Source: a virus | Length of the DNA stretch: 64,000 nucleotides | Strand: one strand, 5' to 3' | IMG/VR virus record: IMGVR_UViG_3300029705_000062 | Part shown: positions 59,235-64,000 of the stretch, one piece after another | How positions within the stretch are numbered: the first letter of the stretch is position 1 | Layout of the letters: every line of letters starts with the position of its first letter | Notes under the pieces: model-generated | The model's database searches: none | The model's input: the letters and a program-made list of their open reading frames with translations, nothing else | Told to the model about the DNA's origin: nothing | Made by a program: the position numbers and the translations under genes

Positions 59235-60564
59235 AACTACTTCATTTCAAGACTCTATATTTGCTATAGAAGTTGCAAAAAATATTTTCTTAGGTGAAAA
59301 AGCAGATGATAGAACAGTAAGAGTAGTTACATTTCAATTAACAGAAAGATGTAACTTAGCTTGTACTTACTGTTATCAAATTGCAAAGACACCTAAAGTA
59401 ATGGATTTTGAAACAGCAAAAAGATTTATAGATATGTTAGTTAAAGATAGTTATGACAAAGATTCTGTTGTATCTATCTTTAATACTAATGGTTTAATAA
59501 TTGAATTTATAGGCGGAGAGCCACTTTTAGAAATTGAGTTAATGGATAAAATAACAGATTATTTTAGAAAAGTTTTAATAGAAAAAAATCATCCTTGGCT
59601 TATCAATTTTAGAATAAGTATGATTTCTAACGGAGTTCTTTATTTTAAACCTGAGCTCCAAAATTACATCAAGAAAAATAGGTCTATATTGAGCTTTTCA
59701 ATATCATTAGACGGTTGTAAAGAGTTACATGACAAATGTAGAATTTTCCATAACGGAGAAGGTTCTTATGATATAGTAGAAGAAGCATGTTTACACTATA
59801 TGAATAACTATGACCATGAAATGACTACAAAGATGACATTTGCTCCTGAGAATGTTGATTATGCATATGATGCAATAGTAAATCTTATTAATTTAGGGTA
59901 TAAGACGATATATTGTAACCCAGTATATGAGAATGTATGGAGTGATGAACACCCAAAAGTATATTATAACAATTTAAAAAAGGTTGCAGATTTTCTAATA
60001 GAAAATAAACTTTATGAAACAGTTGAGATAAGTGCTTTTGATAAATCTCTCTTTGGGAAAATAGACCTTAAAGCTGATAACAGAAATTACTGTGGTTCAA
60101 CTGGTAGTATGATATCTCTTGACTGTGAAGGAAACATATATCCATGTATAAGGTTTATGAAATCTTCATTAGGAGACGGAGTAAAACCTTTTACAATAGG
60201 AAGTATAGATAAAGGTATAGGAAAGTTGCCTAAGTATAGAAATAATATAAATATATTAGACAGCATTACACTAACATCTCAGTCAACAGATGAATGTATT
60301 AATTGTAATATAAATAGTGGTTGTGGTTGGTGTACTGCTTACAACTATCAAGAAACAGGCTCTCCAAATAAAAGAGTTGTAAGTATATGTGGTCTACATA
60401 AAGCTAGAGCATTAGCAAATGTTTATTATTGGAATAGTATCTATAATAAAGAAGGGGTTAATGATGTTTTCAAAATAAATATGAATAAAGATGACATTGT
60501 AAATATAGTTGGAGAAACAGAAGCTGAAAATTTAATAAATTGCCAAGAACTCTTGCGACTTTAG
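59218..60564 (+). CDS. Radical SAM enzyme with a SPASM-type C-terminal Cys clusters (anSME / peptide-maturase-like)
   Basis: CNLACTYC (Cys45/49/52, CX3CX2C). GGEPLL. C-terminal CGSTGSMISLDCEGNIYPC and CINCNINSGCGWC...ICGLHKA. Confidence 0.85.
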   Translation: MRLKGKTTSFQDSIFAIEVAKNIFLGEKADDRTVRVVTFQLTERCNLACTYCYQIAKTPKVMDFETAKRFIDMLVKDSYDKDSVVSIFNTNGLIIEFIGGEPLLEIELMDKITDYFRKVLIEKNHPWLINFRISMISNGVLYFKPELQNYIKKNRSILSFSISLDGCKELHDKCRIFHNGEGSYDIVEEACLHYMNNYDHEMTTKMTFAPENVDYAYDAIVNLINLGYKTIYCNPVYENVWSDEHPKVYYNNLKKVADFLIENKLYETVEISAFDKSLFGKIDLKADNRNYCGSTGSMISLDCEGNIYPCIRFMKSSLGDGVKPFTIGSIDKGIGKLPKYRNNINILDSITLTSQSTDECINCNINSGCGWCTAYNYQETGSPNKRVVSICGLHKARALANVYYWNSIYNKEGVNDVFKINMNKDDIVNIVGETEAENLINCQELLRL

Positions 60565-60708
60565 TCGAGGGTAGTTCACTAAAACTTATGGGGAATATAT
60601 AAAATAAATTTTGAAAATTAAGTTGATTATATCAATTTTAAGATAAAATGGAAAGGACTGATATATCTTTTATATCAGTCCTTAAATTATATGATTTAAG
60701 GGGGTATT

Positions 60709-61434
60709 ATGAGCTTAGTAATTTTAGATAGCGGACATAATGAATATGTTAAAGGAAAAAGCAATGGGGATTTTAAAGAATGGGACTTTAACAATAAAAT
60801 GCAATGTAAAATTAAGAAAAGACTTTTAGATCATGGAATAGAAGTTTACTTAACTAATCCAAACCCTGAGAAAAAAGATGAAATAGGTTTAAGTAAAAGA
60901 GCAACCATTTCAAATGATTATTGGATAAAGAAAGGTAAGCCGAAGGCTGTATTTATATCTTTGCATGGAAATGCTTATAGTGATGCTAGTGTTAGAGGAA
61001 CAGAAACATTCCATGCTAATAATGCTTCGTCTACATCAAAAACATTTGCAAAAACATTAAATGATGAAGTTGTAAAAACAATGAAATCATTAGATAAAAA
61101 TGCAAAGGATAGAGGAGTTAAATCACAAGATTTCACTGTAATATATAAAACTTCTATGCCTTCAGTGTTAGTTGAGTATGGATTTTACAGTAACCCTGAT
61201 GATTTAAAGATATTAAAAAATAACCAAGATGACCTAACAGAAGCTACAGTTAAAGCCATATGCAAACACTTTAATATAACATATAAAGCTGTACAAAAGG
61301 AATCTACAACTTCAAGCACAGGAACACAGTTGTATGCAGTATGTGTAGGAGCTTATGGATATGACCAAGCTAAAAAAATGCAACAAGAAATGATATCAAA
61401 AGGATATACTAGCACTTATATAATCCCTAGATAG
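60709..61434 (+). CDS. N-acetylmuramoyl-L-alanine amidase endolysin (Amidase_3-like) with a SPOR-like C-terminus
   Basis: ILDSGHN...E.DFN...FISLHGNA...GTETF...DRGVK...F.VI....PSVLVEYGF.SNP.D. C-terminal YAVCVGAYGYDQAKKMQQEMISKGY. Confidence 0.85.
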   Translation: MSLVILDSGHNEYVKGKSNGDFKEWDFNNKMQCKIKKRLLDHGIEVYLTNPNPEKKDEIGLSKRATISNDYWIKKGKPKAVFISLHGNAYSDASVRGTETFHANNASSTSKTFAKTLNDEVVKTMKSLDKNAKDRGVKSQDFTVIYKTSMPSVLVEYGFYSNPDDLKILKNNQDDLTEATVKAICKHFNITYKAVQKESTTSSTGTQLYAVCVGAYGYDQAKKMQQEMISKGYTSTYIIPR

Positions 61435-61527
61435 ATTAGTTGTATAATAAAATAAAAAATGGTAAAACCTAATAAGAATATAAAAAGAAATGATATATAA
61501 AAATAAATCTAAATAAAATTTATATCG

Positions 61528-61556
61528 TTGACAATTGTCGATAATTAATGTATATT
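61528..61556 (+). promoter_or_regulatory. Sigma-A-type promoter with an overlapping palindromic operator
   Basis: TTGACA, 17-nt spacer, TATATT. The perfect palindrome GACAATTGTC overlaps the -35 element. Confidence 0.65.
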
Positions 61557-61600
61557 AGAAGCATAAAGCAAATAATTGAAAAAAGCCTTTACTCTATCAA

Positions 61601-61653
61601 TCAGATGTAGGAGCATCTGAGAGATATAAAACTTTCAAACTGTAGGAGCAGTT
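61601..61653 (+). promoter_or_regulatory. Two leader hairpins with identical UAGGAG loops
   Basis: TCAGATG-TAGGAG-CATCTGA (61601-61620) and AACTG-TAGGAG-CAGTT (61638-61653). Confidence 0.5.
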
Positions 61654-61748
61654 CAAAAGAGTTGGTAAAAGCTTTATCTGATATTTATATTATACAAGCA
61701 TGTAAAGAAATATGCAAGTATTTTTTTAAGTAAGATAAAGAAATTTAC

Positions 61749-61786
61749 GGACTTATGTTTAACTGTTTAAGCATAAGTCCTTTTTA
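61749..61786 (+). terminator. Intrinsic terminator in the leader, 16 nt upstream of the rep gene (possible attenuator)
   Basis: GGACTTATG ... CATAAGTCC followed by TTTTT. Confidence 0.65.
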
Positions 61787-61801
61787 ATATACAAAAGAAA
61801 G

Positions 61802-63100
61802 GTGAGTAGTGTGCAACTAGAAGAATATTGTGAGCATTTATATGATGATAGTACAGAAGGCTATTTGCATATTGCTCACTTAGACAAAAATAGACGAATA
61901 AAAATATATAATACAAATAATGCAAATATAAGGGAAATAGTTGAGGAAGTTGGACAAGAAGATGTCTTTATAACTCCTAATACAACTTTTATACCTGTAA
62001 GAAAAGCACAAAATATAAGACAATTTAGAGCATTATTTATAGATTTAGATATACAAAAATTAGGTTACCATAAATCGGAAACTGTTTACATGGTTTGGGA
62101 GCTTTATTATCAAGATAAGATTCCTCAACCTACAATGGTAGTTGACAGTGGAAGAGGAGTGCATATTTATTGGAGAATAGAAAATGCACCGATACAAGCA
62201 TGGAGTACTTGGCAAGAGTTAGAAGATTATCTATATTATCAATTAAGACATCTAGGAGCTGATAAACAAGCTACAGATAGTGTAAGAGTACTTAGATTAC
62301 CTAGTTCAATTAACTCTAGGAATGGATCAGAGTGTAAGATACTTTATATAGATAATGAAACAACATACTCTATGTATGATTTAAGACAAACTTATTTAAA
62401 CTATAAACCTAAAACAACCCAAATAAAAATGCTAGAGGTTAAAAGTACACCAACAGCAAAAGTAATATCTAATAAATTCTTTACTTCTTATAGTTTACAT
62501 TTAGCTAGAATAGAAGATATAGAAACTTTATGTAAATTAAGAAACTATAATGTAAAAGGATATAGAAACTTCATACTTCACTGTTATGCATATTGGCAAG
62601 GGGTTACTATTAGAGATGAAGAATCACTAAGAGAAGAAGTATATTCCTTAAATAATGCCTTTAAAGAGCCTATGAAGGCTACTGAGGTAGATGCAATACT
62701 AAGATGCATACCAAAAGCTATAGATAAGTTTATAGCATATGAACAAGGTGTAAGAAGTGGTGAAGTTAAAAGAGTTACTAAGGGTATGCGAGATAAGGGA
62801 GGTTACTGGTATAAGAATGAAACCTTAATTGAAAGGCTAGATATAACAGAAGCTGAACAAAAGCATATGAAGACCATTATAGGTACAGAAGAAAAGTATA
62901 CTAGAAGAAGAGATAAGGATAGAGAATATCAAAGAGCTAAGAGAAGAAATGAAAATGGTTTAACTAAGAAACAACAGGAAAAGCAAGATATGATAAAAGA
63001 ATTAGATTTATTGTTAAAGCAAGGGTTAAAAAATCAAGAGATATCAGAAAAGCTAAATATTTCTGTAAGACAAGTTCAAAGATTAAAAAAGGAACTTTAA
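61802..63100 (+). CDS. Prim-Pol (AEP-type) replication protein with a C-terminal HTH
   Basis: FIDLD (motif I), SGRGVHIYW (motif II), DSVRVLRLPSSIN (motif III). C-terminal NQEISEKLNISVRQVQRLKK is an HTH. GTG start; 61811 is an alternative. Confidence 0.7.
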   Translation: MSSVQLEEYCEHLYDDSTEGYLHIAHLDKNRRIKIYNTNNANIREIVEEVGQEDVFITPNTTFIPVRKAQNIRQFRALFIDLDIQKLGYHKSETVYMVWELYYQDKIPQPTMVVDSGRGVHIYWRIENAPIQAWSTWQELEDYLYYQLRHLGADKQATDSVRVLRLPSSINSRNGSECKILYIDNETTYSMYDLRQTYLNYKPKTTQIKMLEVKSTPTAKVISNKFFTSYSLHLARIEDIETLCKLRNYNVKGYRNFILHCYAYWQGVTIRDEESLREEVYSLNNAFKEPMKATEVDAILRCIPKAIDKFIAYEQGVRSGEVKRVTKGMRDKGGYWYKNETLIERLDITEAEQKHMKTIIGTEEKYTRRRDKDREYQRAKRRNENGLTKKQQEKQDMIKELDLLLKQGLKNQEISEKLNISVRQVQRLKKEL

Positions 63101-63366
63101 TAAGGGGTGACAAAAAACATCGTCTTTATAAATGTGTGTATGTGGTTGTTAGGATGAATATCCTAACAACTTTTTTCTTTAGAATTACTCATACAATAAA
63201 TAGGTAACATCATCTTTATAAATGTGGGGTGTAGTAATTTTTATAAAGAAAGAGCCACCCAATAAATAATCAGCTACATTCTACTAGGAAGATTATCGGT
63301 ATTACAAAAGATATGGTTATAGTCTAAATAAGAAGTAAGAGAATAATATAAAGGGGGATAATAGTC

Positions 63367-63615
63367 ATGGATATGGTTAGTTTTGTACCTGAATCATTAT
63401 TTATATTAGTTGTAGCAATAAATATATTAGGAACATTCTTAAAGAAGTTAGAACAAATAAAGGATAACTTCATACCTATCATATTATTAGGATTTTCTAT
63501 TATATTTGCTATGTTATTAGAAGGGATGAGTCCTACAAGTTTCTTACAAGGTATAATAACTTGGGGAGTTGCTGTAGGTACACATCAAACAGTTCATCAA
63601 ATAAAAAAAGGATGA
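63367..63615 (+). CDS. Holin (phage_holin_1-like, multi-TM)
   Basis: 82 aa with 2-3 hydrophobic helices and a charged C-terminus HQIKKG. Confidence 0.65.
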   Translation: MDMVSFVPESLFILVVAINILGTFLKKLEQIKDNFIPIILLGFSIIFAMLLEGMSPTSFLQGIITWGVAVGTHQTVHQIKKG

Positions 63616-63629
63616 TAGGGGGATAGGCA

Positions 63630-63890
63630 ATGCAAGAGTTAATTAAACTTATATTTACATCTATTTTCTCAGAGTATGGTGTAATAGGTGCATGTTTTGT
63701 TGTATTGCTACTTTGGACTATGAAGGAGAATAAAGACAGAGAAGGTAAGTATCAAGAAACAATAGCTAAAAATCAAGAAATAATTCTTGAACAGGCAAGA
63801 AACTTTGACATTGTAAAAGAGATTAGAGAAGATGTATCAGATTTAAAAATAGCTATAACAACTGCAAAAGCTAAAAAAGAAAGTCATTAA
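63630..63890 (+). CDS. BhlA/UviB-family holin-like protein
   Basis: N-terminal TM helix YGVIGACFVVLLLW, then MKENKDREGKYQETIAKNQEII, typical of BhlA/UviB. Confidence 0.65.
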   Translation: MQELIKLIFTSIFSEYGVIGACFVVLLLWTMKENKDREGKYQETIAKNQEIILEQARNFDIVKEIREDVSDLKIAITTAKAKKESH

Positions 63891-63906
63891 GACTTTCTTT
63901 TTTATT
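63876..63906 (+). terminator. Rho-independent terminator
   Basis: AAGAAAGTC ATTAA GACTTTCTT followed by a T-run. Confidence 0.75.
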
Positions 63907-64000
63907 TATATATGATTTAAAAAGTCTAAATTGTCATCTAAGATTACTCCATGTTCATCTAACCATTTAATGGGTAGGGATTTTCTAGTTTCGGTTTGTC

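Overview
AT-rich (about 30% GC) Clostridia-type tailed-phage or phage-plasmid segment, almost all on the + strand. Layout: (i) 1-2160, an ORF-free repeat- and hairpin-rich region. (ii) 2.2-12 kb, small accessory/early genes: replication-relaxation-like protein, membrane-anchored glucosaminidase, HU-like protein, regulator with a sigma-r4-like HTH. (iii) 12-27 kb, packaging and head/tail morphogenesis genes. (iv) 27.4-40.2 kb, one giant tape-measure gene. (v) 40-57 kb, Dit/Tal and a large set of fibre-like proteins (collagen-like, coiled-coil, glycine-rich). (vi) 57.2-60.6 kb, a cassette with a 33-cysteine CX3C-repeat protein, two unknown small proteins and a radical SAM/SPASM enzyme. (vii) Amidase endolysin, a Prim-Pol replication gene with a structured leader, and two holins. 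Main observations: terL appears split into five exons by four group I-like introns, one carrying a LAGLIDADG endonuclease gene. The tape-measure gene appears split into three exons by two more introns, one carrying a Vsr/PD-(D/E)XK-type endonuclease gene. Hand-rejoined reading frames are continuous and restore conserved motifs. The spliced tape measure would be about 3,720 aa. The Cys-repeat/radical-SAM cassette is my best candidate for an undescribed system. All calls come from reading the sequence and ORF translations by eye. No database search or RNA folding was run, and splice sites are inferred.
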